Origin: an uncultured virus (IMG/VR IMGVR_UViG_3300027963_005227)
Lineage: Duplodnaviria > Heunggongvirae > Uroviricota > Caudoviricetes
Length of the DNA: 64,000 nucleotides
Strand: one strand, 5' to 3'
IMG/VR virus record: IMGVR_UViG_3300027963_005227
Coordinates: 1-64,000 of that record
Part shown: positions 19,699-29,751 of the stretch, piece by piece
Layout of the letters: every line of letters starts with the position of its first letter
How positions within the stretch are numbered: the first letter of the stretch is position 1
The notes under the pieces: model-generated
The model's input: only the letters and a program-made list of their open reading frames with translations
The model's database searches: none
Told to the model about the DNA's origin: nothing
Translations under genes and position numbers: made by a program

Positions 19699-20661
19699 AT
19701 GGAAATAGATTTTTCAGATAGAATTAAACAACTCTTCGACTCTTCAGAATCAGCAAAAAGATCTGGACCAAAAAGTGCCGCACAAACTCCATCTGCTCCA
19801 AGTGATCGCAAAAAAGGATCGTCTAAAAATCCTAAAGGATCAGCTGGAGAAGATGGTGGGAAAATTGAATTTGCTGAAAAAATCATAAATTCTTTGCAGG
19901 AAAAAGTAAGATCTCATAATGAAAATCATAGTAAGAAAGTCTCTCTATCTCAACTAAAGAAAATCTATAGAAGAGGTCTTGGAGCGTTTTCTTTATCTCA
20001 TCGTCCAGGTCAAACTAGAAGTAGTTGGGCTATGGCTAGAGTGAATATGTTTTTAAAAATGCTTCGTGGTGAAAAAGTTAAAGACTCTTACAGAAGTGCT
20101 GATCAAGACGTTGCATCTGGAACAGAACTATATCATGAAGAAAAGCCAGAAGACTGTTTTTGGAAGTTTGATTCTATTGATTTTGATCTTGCCCGAATTG
20201 ATTTAATCAAAGCTGGAGTCGATTTATTTAATGAAGGAAATATTGATTTATCAGATATTGATTACTCTGAAGCTGAAAAGAAAACCTTAAATAAACCATT
20301 TAGACTTCCAACTGGATCTAATAAAAAATTTGGAGTTTATGTTAAAAATGATAAAGGAAATGTTGTAATTGTAAAGTTTGGCGATCCAAATATGGAAATT
20401 AAACGCGACGATCCAGCTAGACGTAAGAGTTACAGAGCGAGGCATCAGTGCGATACTAACATTGGTCCAAAATGGAAAGCTAATTACTGGAGTTGCAAAT
20501 TTTGGAGTAGCAAGCCAGTATCCTCTTTAGCATCTGAGAATTATGATGATATTGATGAAGATGAAGAGGAATGGTTAGATGATGGTTTTATAGATCAAGA
20601 AGAGTTATTTGTTCACCTTCCAGAGCTTAGAGATATTCAAGAAAGCCTTGAAGATTTTTGA
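19699..20661 (+). CDS. Conserved phage protein with two basic domains (probable start at 19699)
   Basis: Modules LKKIYRRGLGA..SHRPG...WAMARVN.F and KKFGVYV...VKFGDP.M....RRKSYRARH.C...YWSCK.W; acidic C-terminus. Confidence 0.6.
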   Translation: MEIDFSDRIKQLFDSSESAKRSGPKSAAQTPSAPSDRKKGSSKNPKGSAGEDGGKIEFAEKIINSLQEKVRSHNENHSKKVSLSQLKKIYRRGLGAFSLSHRPGQTRSSWAMARVNMFLKMLRGEKVKDSYRSADQDVASGTELYHEEKPEDCFWKFDSIDFDLARIDLIKAGVDLFNEGNIDLSDIDYSEAEKKTLNKPFRLPTGSNKKFGVYVKNDKGNVVIVKFGDPNMEIKRDDPARRKSYRARHQCDTNIGPKWKANYWSCKFWSSKPVSSLASENYDDIDEDEEEWLDDGFIDQEELFVHLPELRDIQESLEDF

Positions 20662-20675
20662 TTTAAAAATTTGTG

Positions 20676-20703
20676 TTGAAGAAGTTGATTTGCAAGTTAA
20701 AAT
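20676..20703 (+). promoter_or_regulatory. Sigma70-type promoter, probably leaderless
   Basis: TTGAAG-16-TAAAAT, with a GTG start 5 nt later. Confidence 0.55.
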
Positions 20704-20708
20704 AGGTT

Positions 20709-21452
20709 GTGTCAGTTATTTTTACTTCTTACTTCTCTCTCAAGAAGCATCCTAATGATCCTAATGATCGTTGGGTGATTGGTCGTCAAGCAGATGGCCG
20801 TGTCGCACAAAATGATTTTAAATATATTGAGTCTTGGTATAACTCAGTTAATGAGCTTTGTCTTGAGGGTCGTATTTTTTACGATAATTTATCTGATGAA
20901 TTTTTAGAAAGATATACTACTAATAAAATTAAATTTATTAAAGTATTCCCATCAGATTACTCTAATAATGATTGGAGATTTTTTTGCTATCGAAATTTTT
21001 TAGAAGAAAATAAATTTGATAATATTTTTCTTACTGATGGATCCGATGTCATAGTTGTTCAAGATCCATCTAAAATAATTTCTTCATTTCCTAGCACAGA
21101 TTTATTTGTATGTAAAGACAGCATGTCTCTTAGTGAGTTTAATTATTTAGAATTGCATAAGCAAGCTAGATGGGATGATTATGTTTTATTTGCTATAATG
21201 GCAAGCAGATGGGACTTAATCAATATGGGTGTAATTGGCGGGAATTACGATAACATAATGTCATTTTTAAATAAATTTTGTGAAACAAGAGTAAAATTAG
21301 GAGCACCAGAGTTTAATTCTGATATGTGGACTGGACAATATGTATTTAGACATCTTTTATCTGAAAAATCTCTATTAATAGGGGATCCATTTACTAGTAA
21401 TTTTAAAAAATATGAAAATGATAGAAAGGATGTATATTTTATACATAAATGA
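20709..21452 (+). CDS. Putative GT-A glycosyltransferase-like protein
   Basis: RF..Y..FL....FLTDGSDV and N.GVIGG motifs; first gene of the glycan island. Confidence 0.5.
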   Translation: MSVIFTSYFSLKKHPNDPNDRWVIGRQADGRVAQNDFKYIESWYNSVNELCLEGRIFYDNLSDEFLERYTTNKIKFIKVFPSDYSNNDWRFFCYRNFLEENKFDNIFLTDGSDVIVVQDPSKIISSFPSTDLFVCKDSMSLSEFNYLELHKQARWDDYVLFAIMASRWDLINMGVIGGNYDNIMSFLNKFCETRVKLGAPEFNSDMWTGQYVFRHLLSEKSLLIGDPFTSNFKKYENDRKDVYFIHK

Positions 21453-22261
21453 AAAAACATATTTATCCATATATTATTGGTGGTCTCGGTAATATTTTAT
21501 TTCAAATTGCTTGTATTTATGCATATGCATTAAAAAATAATTTAGATCCATTTTTATCTGAATCTTTATATATACAGACTAATCATCCTCATTTAAATAC
21601 ATATAAATGTAATTTTTTATCTAAATTAAATTTTAAAGATTCAAATAAAGATTTTAAAATTTTAAAAGAAAAAACTTATAGGTATATCGATATTCCATCA
21701 TATAATGATGATTTAATTTTTAGAGGATGTTTTCATAGCGAAAAATATTTTTTAAATTTTAAAAATGAAATTCTATCTTTATTTTCTTATGAAGATATAG
21801 AATTAAATAAAAAATATCAAGATATATTAAATTTAAATAACACATGCTCACTTCATGTCAGGAGAGGTGATTACTTAACGCTTCCTCAAAACTATCCAAT
21901 CCATGATGCTTGTTATTATAAAGAAGCTATTAAACATTTTAATAATGATACAATATTTATTGTATTTTCTAATGATATAGAATGGTGTAAAAATAATTTA
22001 AATAAATTATCATTAAATAAATTTATTTTCATAGATAATAATAAAGATTATGAAGATTTATACTTAATGAGTAAATGTAAAAATAATATAATTACAAATT
22101 CTACATTTAGTTGGTGGGGGGCTTATTTAAATCAAAATCAAAATAAAAAAATAATTGCACCTAAAATTTGGTTTAAAGATAATTATTTAAATGAAATATG
22201 TTTAAATAATACAAATGGATTTTTAGAAGACTTAATACCCGAATCATGGATAACAATATAA
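21449..22261 (+). CDS. Alpha-1,2-fucosyltransferase (GT11)
   Basis: GGLGN.LFQ, SLHVRRGDY, FS.DI.WCK and NSTFSWWGAYL motifs. Confidence 0.93.
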   Translation: MKKHIYPYIIGGLGNILFQIACIYAYALKNNLDPFLSESLYIQTNHPHLNTYKCNFLSKLNFKDSNKDFKILKEKTYRYIDIPSYNDDLIFRGCFHSEKYFLNFKNEILSLFSYEDIELNKKYQDILNLNNTCSLHVRRGDYLTLPQNYPIHDACYYKEAIKHFNNDTIFIVFSNDIEWCKNNLNKLSLNKFIFIDNNKDYEDLYLMSKCKNNIITNSTFSWWGAYLNQNQNKKIIAPKIWFKDNYLNEICLNNTNGFLEDLIPESWITI

Positions 22262-22962
22262 AAATTGCAATATTAACAATAGCTACAAATAATTATAAAG
22301 ATTTTTTAAATCCATTAATTGAATCTATTCAAGATAAATTTTTACCATTAAATACAAAAGATATTTTTGTATTTGCTGATAAAGATACAGTGTCTGATAA
22401 ATATTCAAATGTAATATTTAATCAAATACAACACGAACCTTGGCCGTTCATCACGTTAAAAAGATTTCATTATTTTGAAAAAGTATTGAAAGATTTAACT
22501 GATTATGATATGGTTATATATTTTGATTGTGATTTAGAAGTTATTCAAAATATTAATGAATTTCCTGTATGCAGTTTATTCGGAGTAATGCATCCAGGAA
22601 TTTATGCATATGGTAAAATGTGGGACATTGAGACAAATCCACAATCAACTGCATATATTTCTCTAGAAAATGAAGGTATTTATCATCAGGGATGTTTTTG
22701 GGGTGGATCATCTAATGAAATATGTAAAATGATTTCTGAATTAAAAAATAATACACAAATAGATTTAGCTAATAATATTATAGCAAAATGGCATGATGAA
22801 TCTCATTTAAATTCTTACTTATTTAAAAATAAAAATAAATTAATTACGATTTCATCATCATATTGTTATCCAGAAAATTGGGAACTTCCTATTGAAAAAA
22901 TAATTATACATAAAGAAAAAAATATCAATCAATATCCAAAATTTCCAGGAATAAATAAATAG
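22246..22962 (+). CDS. GT6 alpha-1,3-Gal/GalNAc transferase (ABO-like)
   Basis: IAT..Y..F, WP..TL.RF, DCD (DxD), HPG, G.FWGG, A.WHDESHLN and Y.YPE motifs. Confidence 0.9.
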   Translation: MDNNIKIAILTIATNNYKDFLNPLIESIQDKFLPLNTKDIFVFADKDTVSDKYSNVIFNQIQHEPWPFITLKRFHYFEKVLKDLTDYDMVIYFDCDLEVIQNINEFPVCSLFGVMHPGIYAYGKMWDIETNPQSTAYISLENEGIYHQGCFWGGSSNEICKMISELKNNTQIDLANNIIAKWHDESHLNSYLFKNKNKLITISSSYCYPENWELPIEKIIIHKEKNINQYPKFPGINK

Positions 22963-22998
22963 AATTAATAGAAAATAAATATATTATCAGTTAATATT

Positions 22999-24246
22999 AT
23001 GAAAAAAACAAACTGTAGAATATCAAATGACGAACTAGTTGAGCTTTTTACATTAGGAAATTTATGCGTTTCCGATTTTCTTGATAACAATAATCAAGAA
23101 GCGGAAAAATTTGAACTAAAACTCATGATGTCAAAAAAATCTGGACTAGTACAACTTGAATCTGGAGTTGATCCAGATAAGATGTACGGTAGATACTGGT
23201 ATAGATCTGGAACAAACGATACAATGAGAAAGCAACTTAAAAATATAGTTGACTCTTGCATCTATATAAAGAAAAATTATGAAAATAGTTTATGGCTAGA
23301 TATTGCTTGTAATGATGGCACATTATTAAGTTTTATTCCAGATAACTTTAGCAAATTAGGGATTGATCCAGTTGAAGATTCATATGTTAAAGAAAGCTCT
23401 AAATTTGCAAATCAAATTATTCAAGATTATTTTTCTTTAGAAGCTTATAATAAAAGTATTTTTAAAAATAGAAAATGTGATATAATTACTTGTATTGCAA
23501 TGTTTTATGATTTAGAAGATCCAATTTCATTCTTAAATGATATTAATAGCGTTTTAGCAGATGATGGATTATTTGTAGTGCAAATGAGTTATACGCCATT
23601 AATGGTCGAGCAATTAGCTTTTGATAATATTTGTCATGAACATCTAATGTATTATAATCTACACTCTATCAAATATTTACTTGAGAATAATGGATTTAAA
23701 ATAGTTGACTGTGAACTAAATGATGTTAATGGTGGATCTTTCCGAGTTTATATACAAAAATCAAATGCGGACACAAGCTCATTTGCAACTGCTCCATATA
23801 GAGATGTAGCAAAATTTAGAGTTGAATCGCTACTAAAATATGAACAAGATTTAGGTGTAATGTCAATTGATTACTATAAAAAGTTTTTTATTAAAATTGA
23901 AGATCTAAAAGAAAAAACCGTAAACTTTATTAAAGAGGAAAAAGCAAAAGGTAAATCTATTTGGATATATGGAGCATCAACAAAAGGAAATACTCTTTTA
24001 CAATATTTTGGGCTTGATAATTCATTAATAGATGGAGCGGCAGAAAGAAGTCTTTATAAATTTGGACTTAGAACTATTGCTACAGATATTCCAATTTATT
24101 CAGAACAAGAGATGAGAGATAAAAAGCCAGATTATTTATTAGTATTACCATGGCATTTTATAGATGAATTTAAAGCAAGAGAAAGTGAATTTCTAAAAAA
24201 TGGTGGTAAATTTATAGTTCCTTGTCCAAAATTTGAAATAATTTAA
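22999..24246 (+). CDS. NDP-hexose C-methyltransferase (TylCIII/NovU-like)
   Basis: DIACNDGTLL, FDNICHEHL.YY, NGGS.R, YGASTKGNTLLQ and LVLPWHF motifs. Confidence 0.88.
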   Translation: MKKTNCRISNDELVELFTLGNLCVSDFLDNNNQEAEKFELKLMMSKKSGLVQLESGVDPDKMYGRYWYRSGTNDTMRKQLKNIVDSCIYIKKNYENSLWLDIACNDGTLLSFIPDNFSKLGIDPVEDSYVKESSKFANQIIQDYFSLEAYNKSIFKNRKCDIITCIAMFYDLEDPISFLNDINSVLADDGLFVVQMSYTPLMVEQLAFDNICHEHLMYYNLHSIKYLLENNGFKIVDCELNDVNGGSFRVYIQKSNADTSSFATAPYRDVAKFRVESLLKYEQDLGVMSIDYYKKFFIKIEDLKEKTVNFIKEEKAKGKSIWIYGASTKGNTLLQYFGLDNSLIDGAAERSLYKFGLRTIATDIPIYSEQEMRDKKPDYLLVLPWHFIDEFKARESEFLKNGGKFIVPCPKFEII

Positions 24247-24248
24247 TT

Positions 24249-24872
24249 ATGAAAACTTTTTACGCAGAAGATAACACTGATCAAATAGCAAGAGACAAAT
24301 ATTTCCCAGATTATTCTTACAAAGGCACTATTGTAGAAATTGGAGCAGCTACTCCTGTTTTTTTGTCTATGACAAAGCATTTTAAAGATAATGGATGGAG
24401 AGCAGTTCACGTAGAACCAAATCCTCGTTTTATACAAAATCATTTAGATGCTCAAAATGAAATATATCCTTATGCTTGTGGAAAAAATGACAAAGATAAT
24501 GTTGATTTTACTATAGTATGCGTGAATAATGGAGAAGTTACAGATCACTCATTTTCTTCTTTTGAAATAAAAGAAGCGTATAGAAACTCAAACCCAGAGT
24601 GGGTTGATTCTTTACCAAAATCAAAAATAAAAGTAAATTCTAGAAAGCTAGATTCTATTATTGAAGAGGCAAAAATTGATAGTATAGATATACTTTCTGT
24701 AGATACAGAGGGATGGGAGTTAGAGGTAATGGAGGGATTATCTAAAATCGAACCAACCTTGATCATTTTAGAAAATCTTTTTAATTTAAAATCGTATGCG
24801 GACTATATGGAAATGCGAAATTATAAACTAGACCATATTCAAGGTATCAATCATTTTTATATTAAAAAATAA
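24249..24872 (+). CDS. FkbM-family methyltransferase
   Basis: VEIGA, W.A.HVEPN and ID.LSVDTEGWEL.V motifs. Confidence 0.85.
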   Translation: MKTFYAEDNTDQIARDKYFPDYSYKGTIVEIGAATPVFLSMTKHFKDNGWRAVHVEPNPRFIQNHLDAQNEIYPYACGKNDKDNVDFTIVCVNNGEVTDHSFSSFEIKEAYRNSNPEWVDSLPKSKIKVNSRKLDSIIEEAKIDSIDILSVDTEGWELEVMEGLSKIEPTLIILENLFNLKSYADYMEMRNYKLDHIQGINHFYIKK

Positions 24873-25474
24873 TGTTTTACTCAGATGCATCTCAAGATCA
24901 ATTTGTTGCCAATATGTTTGGTTTTAAACAAAATGGATTTTATTTAGATATTGGAAGCTGTGGCGCTTATGGCGCTAATAATTCAGCATATTTTGAGACT
25001 TTAAATTGGAAAGGAATATGTGTAGAAATCAATGAACATTGGAATTCGTCATATAATAGCAGATCATGTTTTTATGTAAATAAAAATGCTTTAGAATTAG
25101 ACTATCTTAAATTACTTCAAGAAACATCTGCACCTCAGTCTATTGATTATTTATCAATGGATATAGATACCTTAAGTTTAGAGTGTTTATCAAAACTCCC
25201 CCATGATGAATATAGATTTAAAATAATAACTATAGAGCATGATCATTATTTATATGGAGATGAATATAGAGAAAAACAAAGAGATTTTTTAACAAAATTA
25301 AATTATAAATTAATTTGCTCTGATGTTTTAGTGCCGCCCAATCTTATTCAAAGGGAAAACTGCTCTTTTGAAGATTGGTGGATCGATGAACAGCATTTTG
25401 ATAATGCATTAATTGAAAAAATTAATTCATTTAATTTATATCCTCATGGAATAATTCAAAAATTTATTAAATAA
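24872..25474 (+). CDS. FkbM-like methyltransferase
   Basis: SQD.FV, YLDIG, NN...E...W.GICVE, IDYLS.DID and EDWW motifs. Confidence 0.75.
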   Translation: MFYSDASQDQFVANMFGFKQNGFYLDIGSCGAYGANNSAYFETLNWKGICVEINEHWNSSYNSRSCFYVNKNALELDYLKLLQETSAPQSIDYLSMDIDTLSLECLSKLPHDEYRFKIITIEHDHYLYGDEYREKQRDFLTKLNYKLICSDVLVPPNLIQRENCSFEDWWIDEQHFDNALIEKINSFNLYPHGIIQKFIK

Positions 25475-25478
25475 TAAA

Positions 25479-26474
25479 ATGAATCTTGAATCATTGAAGA
25501 AAAATTATAAAGTTATAGTTTGGGGGTTTAAACCTAATAACGGTTACCTTGAAAATACAATATCATATGTTTGGGAATCATTTTATAATGCATTTAAATA
25601 TTTAGGATTTGAAACATATTGGTTTGCAGATGAAAAAATAGATAATTTTGATTTTTCAAATTGTATTTTTTTAGTTGAAGCTTATCAAGATAAATACATC
25701 CCATTAGAAAAAACGTCTATATATTATGTGCATTGCGCATATAATCCAGCTAAATATGTTAATAATGTAGGTAAATTTATAGATATGAGGTATAATTTAA
25801 ATAAAATTAATCATCCAAATTATATTTATGAAATAGATAAAAATAAATTAAATAAATTAAATAAAGGTTGCTATTATGAAGAGTCAACAAATAAAATTAT
25901 TAGATTAACAAATGGCAGGGTTGATTATAATATTGATGATTTTGATAAGCTATATATTAGTTGGGCAACTAATTTGATGCCAAATGAAATTAATGAAGAT
26001 GATATTTATTTAGAAAGAGAAAATAAAATATATTTTTTAGGTACATTATCATCAGATGGCATTTATTCAAATATAGATTTAATTAATGAATTTGCAAATG
26101 AATCAAGAAAAAATAATATAGAATTTATTATAAATAATTTTAATCATAATCAATTATCTAATAAAGATTATATGGCATTGTGCAAAAAATCTTTATTAGG
26201 TTTTGATGTTAGATGTAAAGCTCATGTTGATTGGGGTCATACTCCATGTAGAATATATAAAAATATAAGTTATGGTCATTTAGGCATCACTAACTCATTA
26301 GAGGTTTATAAAGAATTAGATGGAAATTGTATATATAATCCAAATATTTCTGAATTATTTTATGATTCGATGAATAAAAAAAATGATTATGATTTTATAA
26401 GACAATCATTATTGTATGTAAAAAATCATCATACATATGTTCATAGAGTTGAAAGCATGTTAATAATACTTTAA
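25479..26474 (+). CDS. Putative GT-B glycosyltransferase
   Basis: PCRIYKNISYG...TN and C-terminal V..HHTY.HR; island context. Confidence 0.55.
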   Translation: MNLESLKKNYKVIVWGFKPNNGYLENTISYVWESFYNAFKYLGFETYWFADEKIDNFDFSNCIFLVEAYQDKYIPLEKTSIYYVHCAYNPAKYVNNVGKFIDMRYNLNKINHPNYIYEIDKNKLNKLNKGCYYEESTNKIIRLTNGRVDYNIDDFDKLYISWATNLMPNEINEDDIYLERENKIYFLGTLSSDGIYSNIDLINEFANESRKNNIEFIINNFNHNQLSNKDYMALCKKSLLGFDVRCKAHVDWGHTPCRIYKNISYGHLGITNSLEVYKELDGNCIYNPNISELFYDSMNKKNDYDFIRQSLLYVKNHHTYVHRVESMLIIL

Positions 26475-26478
26475 TTAT

Positions 26479-27201
26479 ATGAAAGTCGCGATTTGCCTTT
26501 CGGGCCAAACTAGAGATATAGAAAATACTTTAGAAAATATTAAAACTTCTTGGTTTGGATTTAATGATTTAGATTTTTTTATACATACATGGCATTATAA
26601 TAAAAATAAATCATATAGAGTAGATACTCCATCTGATATAATTGAATCTAAAATAGATTATATAATTCAAAAATTATCGCCTAAATTAATAGTTATAGAG
26701 TCTGAAAAAATTTTTAATAAAGTTTATAAAAATTCAATAAATTGGAATTGTTTTCATCCTACTAAAAATCCCAATCCATCTCAAAATATTCAATCTATGT
26801 TTTATTCAATTTATAAATCTAATGAATTAAAAAAACAATATGAAAAAGATAATAATTTTAAATATGATTGTGTTATACGATGTAGATTTGATTATTTTTT
26901 TACTAAAAAATATGATTTAAATAATTTTAATTTTAATTTTTTAAATATTAAAAGCGATTGCAATCATACTCCATATGCTATTAATGATCATTTAGCATTA
27001 TCAAATAGTCAAATCATGGATATATATAGTGATATCTATAATAATATAGATCATTATTATAATAAAGGTATTGAATTTAATCCTGAAGTTATATTAGGTT
27101 ATCACATTCAAATAAATAATATAAATACTATAAAATCACTAGGTTCTGATGAATCTTACGTATCAACTAAAGAGCAAAGAAGGGTAAATTTTTTTAAATA
27201 A
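26479..27201 (+). CDS. Glycan-locus protein (putative glycosyltransferase)
   Basis: KVAICLSGQ.R, FIHTW, SMFYS, YD.VIR.RFD and ND motifs. Confidence 0.55.
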   Translation: MKVAICLSGQTRDIENTLENIKTSWFGFNDLDFFIHTWHYNKNKSYRVDTPSDIIESKIDYIIQKLSPKLIVIESEKIFNKVYKNSINWNCFHPTKNPNPSQNIQSMFYSIYKSNELKKQYEKDNNFKYDCVIRCRFDYFFTKKYDLNNFNFNFLNIKSDCNHTPYAINDHLALSNSQIMDIYSDIYNNIDHYYNKGIEFNPEVILGYHIQINNINTIKSLGSDESYVSTKEQRRVNFFK

Positions 27202-27204
27202 AAT

Positions 27205-29076
27205 ATGAATATAATAATTCCAATATGTGGAATAGGTGAAAGATTTTCTGAAGAAAATTATAATCTTCCAAAGCCATTAATTAAATCATTAGGCAAACCC
27301 ATAATATATTGGACATTAGAAAATTTAAAAATAGATAAAAATGATAAAGTTTTTATTGTATATAGAGATGAATTTAAAAAATTTAATTTTGAAAGTTTAC
27401 TAATTAATAAATTTAGAAAATTAAATTTTCAATTTATACCAATTAAAAATAATACGACAGGAGCTTCTGAAACAGTTTATCATGCTTTAGAAAAAATGAC
27501 TGAAGATGAATTATTAAATTTAACAATTGTTATTGATTCTGATAATTTTTATAATGATGATATTATTACTGAAGCTAAAAATAAAAAAACAAATTTAATA
27601 TTTTATCATAAAGATTTAGATAAAAATCCAATTTATTCATATATAAAAATAGATTCTCAATCAAAAGTTTTAGATATTAAAGAAAAAGAAAAAATCTCAG
27701 ATAATATTTGCGTTGGAGCGTACTGTTTTGAAACAGCAAATCTATTAAAAAATTCTATAGAATTAATTTCAAAAGAAAAAAAATACGAAAAAGAATTTTA
27801 TATATCATCAATTTATAAATTTTTAATTGATAAAAATATTAGCATTTGTTCTGAAGAAGTATTAGGATTTAATTGCTTAGGAACTCCAAATCAATTAAAA
27901 TCATTTTCATCAACTTTTACAATTAATAATAAAAAATGCAGATTTTGTTTTGATTTGGATAATACATTAGTTACATATCCAGAAATAGAAGGTGACTACA
28001 CAAGTGTTAAACCAATAAATAAAACAATAAATTTTTTAAATTTTTTACATTCTCTTGGTCATACAATAATTATATATACAGCTAGAAGAATGAAGACTCA
28101 TTTAGGTAATGTTGGAAAAGTTCAAGCTGATATTGCAAAAATTACAATTGATTCTCTTGAAAAATTTAATATAAATTATGATGAAATTTATTTTGGGAAA
28201 CCTTATGCTGATTTTTATATTGATGATTTATCATTAAAACCTTTTGATGATTTAGAAAAGGAAACTGGATTTTATAATATTCATCCACAAACAAGAAATC
28301 ATAATAAAATTGAAGTATTTCAAGATTTTATTATTAAATATTCAAAAAATATAGATGGTGAAAAATATTATTATCAAAATATACCAGAAAGCTCTAAAAA
28401 TTTATTTCCTAAATTAATTGATTACGGTGAAAATTTTATAAAATTAGAAAAAATTAATGGTATACCATTATCTTTTTTAAATACAAATAATAGTTTAAAT
28501 GAAAATATTTTAATTAGTTTATTTGATAAAATTAATGAATTACATCAATCCTACAATGATGAAAATATTAATATATATTTAAATTATTATAAAAAATTTA
28601 TAAATAGAATAGAAAATTATGATTTTTCAAATTATAAAAATTACGAAAAAAATAAAAATCAAATTTTAGAATTTTTAAAAGAATATGAATTTCAAAATAA
28701 AGGAAAAATTGGCATCATACATGGAGATTTAGTTTTTACGAATATACTTATTGATAATAAAAATAATTTAAAAATGATAGACATGAGGGGAAAAGTTGGT
28801 AATCAATTATCTATTTGTGGAGACCTATTTTATGATTGGTCAAAAATCTATCAATCAATAATTGGATATGATCATATATTAATGGATAAAGAAATTGATA
28901 AAAATTATATAGATAAAAATAAATTAATATTTGAAAAATATATTATTTTAAAATTTAATCAAGAAACTTTAAAAGATATTAAAGAAATTACAAAAAGTCT
29001 ATTATTGTCTTTGATACCAATTCATAATAATGAAAAATGTATTAAATATTATAATTTAATAGAAAATATATCATGA
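27205..29076 (+). CDS. Three-domain fusion: nucleotidyltransferase-like + HAD phosphatase + APH/choline-kinase-like
   Basis: IIP..G.G.RF...PKPLI; FDLDNTL..YTAR..FGKP.AD.YIDD; IHGDL..TNI...IDMRG. Confidence 0.8.
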   Translation: MNIIIPICGIGERFSEENYNLPKPLIKSLGKPIIYWTLENLKIDKNDKVFIVYRDEFKKFNFESLLINKFRKLNFQFIPIKNNTTGASETVYHALEKMTEDELLNLTIVIDSDNFYNDDIITEAKNKKTNLIFYHKDLDKNPIYSYIKIDSQSKVLDIKEKEKISDNICVGAYCFETANLLKNSIELISKEKKYEKEFYISSIYKFLIDKNISICSEEVLGFNCLGTPNQLKSFSSTFTINNKKCRFCFDLDNTLVTYPEIEGDYTSVKPINKTINFLNFLHSLGHTIIIYTARRMKTHLGNVGKVQADIAKITIDSLEKFNINYDEIYFGKPYADFYIDDLSLKPFDDLEKETGFYNIHPQTRNHNKIEVFQDFIIKYSKNIDGEKYYYQNIPESSKNLFPKLIDYGENFIKLEKINGIPLSFLNTNNSLNENILISLFDKINELHQSYNDENINIYLNYYKKFINRIENYDFSNYKNYEKNKNQILEFLKEYEFQNKGKIGIIHGDLVFTNILIDNKNNLKMIDMRGKVGNQLSICGDLFYDWSKIYQSIIGYDHILMDKEIDKNYIDKNKLIFEKYIILKFNQETLKDIKEITKSLLLSLIPIHNNEKCIKYYNLIENIS

Positions 29077-29104
29077 GTATATTAAAATATATCATGAGCA
29101 TATT
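29063..29104 (+). repeat. 21-nt tandem duplication of a gene junction
   Basis: AAAATATATCATGAG(T/C)ATATT occurs twice. Confidence 0.85.
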
Positions 29105-29741
29105 TATTGATTGTGGCACAAATTTCAAACAAGGATTACATGAAATTCAATCCTTACACACAGATATTCAAAAGACATATTCTTTTGAAGCAAACACATA
29201 TGTATATGATTTATTAGATAAAAATGATGGCAATATATATTTTAATTTAGCAGTATCTGATAAAACAGGTTTTGCAACTTTCCATGCTGAAAGGTGTATT
29301 GGAATGATTCAAGGCGATATTTTACATGGTGAAGATAGATTTATAGGTGGTGGGAGCAGGCTACAAGAACCTAAGCATGGGGTAAGTACTCATTTTGATT
29401 CAAATAAAAATCAAACTATTGGCGGAAATAAACAAACTAATAATATTGATGAGTTTATTGATGATATGTATGAGAAAATAACAATACCAACTATTAGATT
29501 AGTTGATTTTATTAAATATCTAAATCTTGAAAATAATTCTATAATTTTAAAATTAGATGTAGAGGGCGAAGAATATGCAATTCTTAAAGATATGAAGGAA
29601 TCAAATATTTTTAATAAAATAAAAATATTACACGTTGAATGGCATGATTGGGCAAGAATGCCTGAATATGATAATGCATTAACTTGGGTTAATTATTTTA
29701 CTGAAAATAAAATAGAATTTACTTCTCGCGGAATAGTGTGA
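29073..29741 (+). CDS. FkbM-family methyltransferase
   Basis: FIDCG.N..QG, SFEAN, KLDVEG.EY.IL and VEWH motifs. Confidence 0.8.
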   Translation: MSILKYIMSIFIDCGTNFKQGLHEIQSLHTDIQKTYSFEANTYVYDLLDKNDGNIYFNLAVSDKTGFATFHAERCIGMIQGDILHGEDRFIGGGSRLQEPKHGVSTHFDSNKNQTIGGNKQTNNIDEFIDDMYEKITIPTIRLVDFIKYLNLENNSIILKLDVEGEEYAILKDMKESNIFNKIKILHVEWHDWARMPEYDNALTWVNYFTENKIEFTSRGIV

Positions 29742-29751
29742 TTAAAATATT

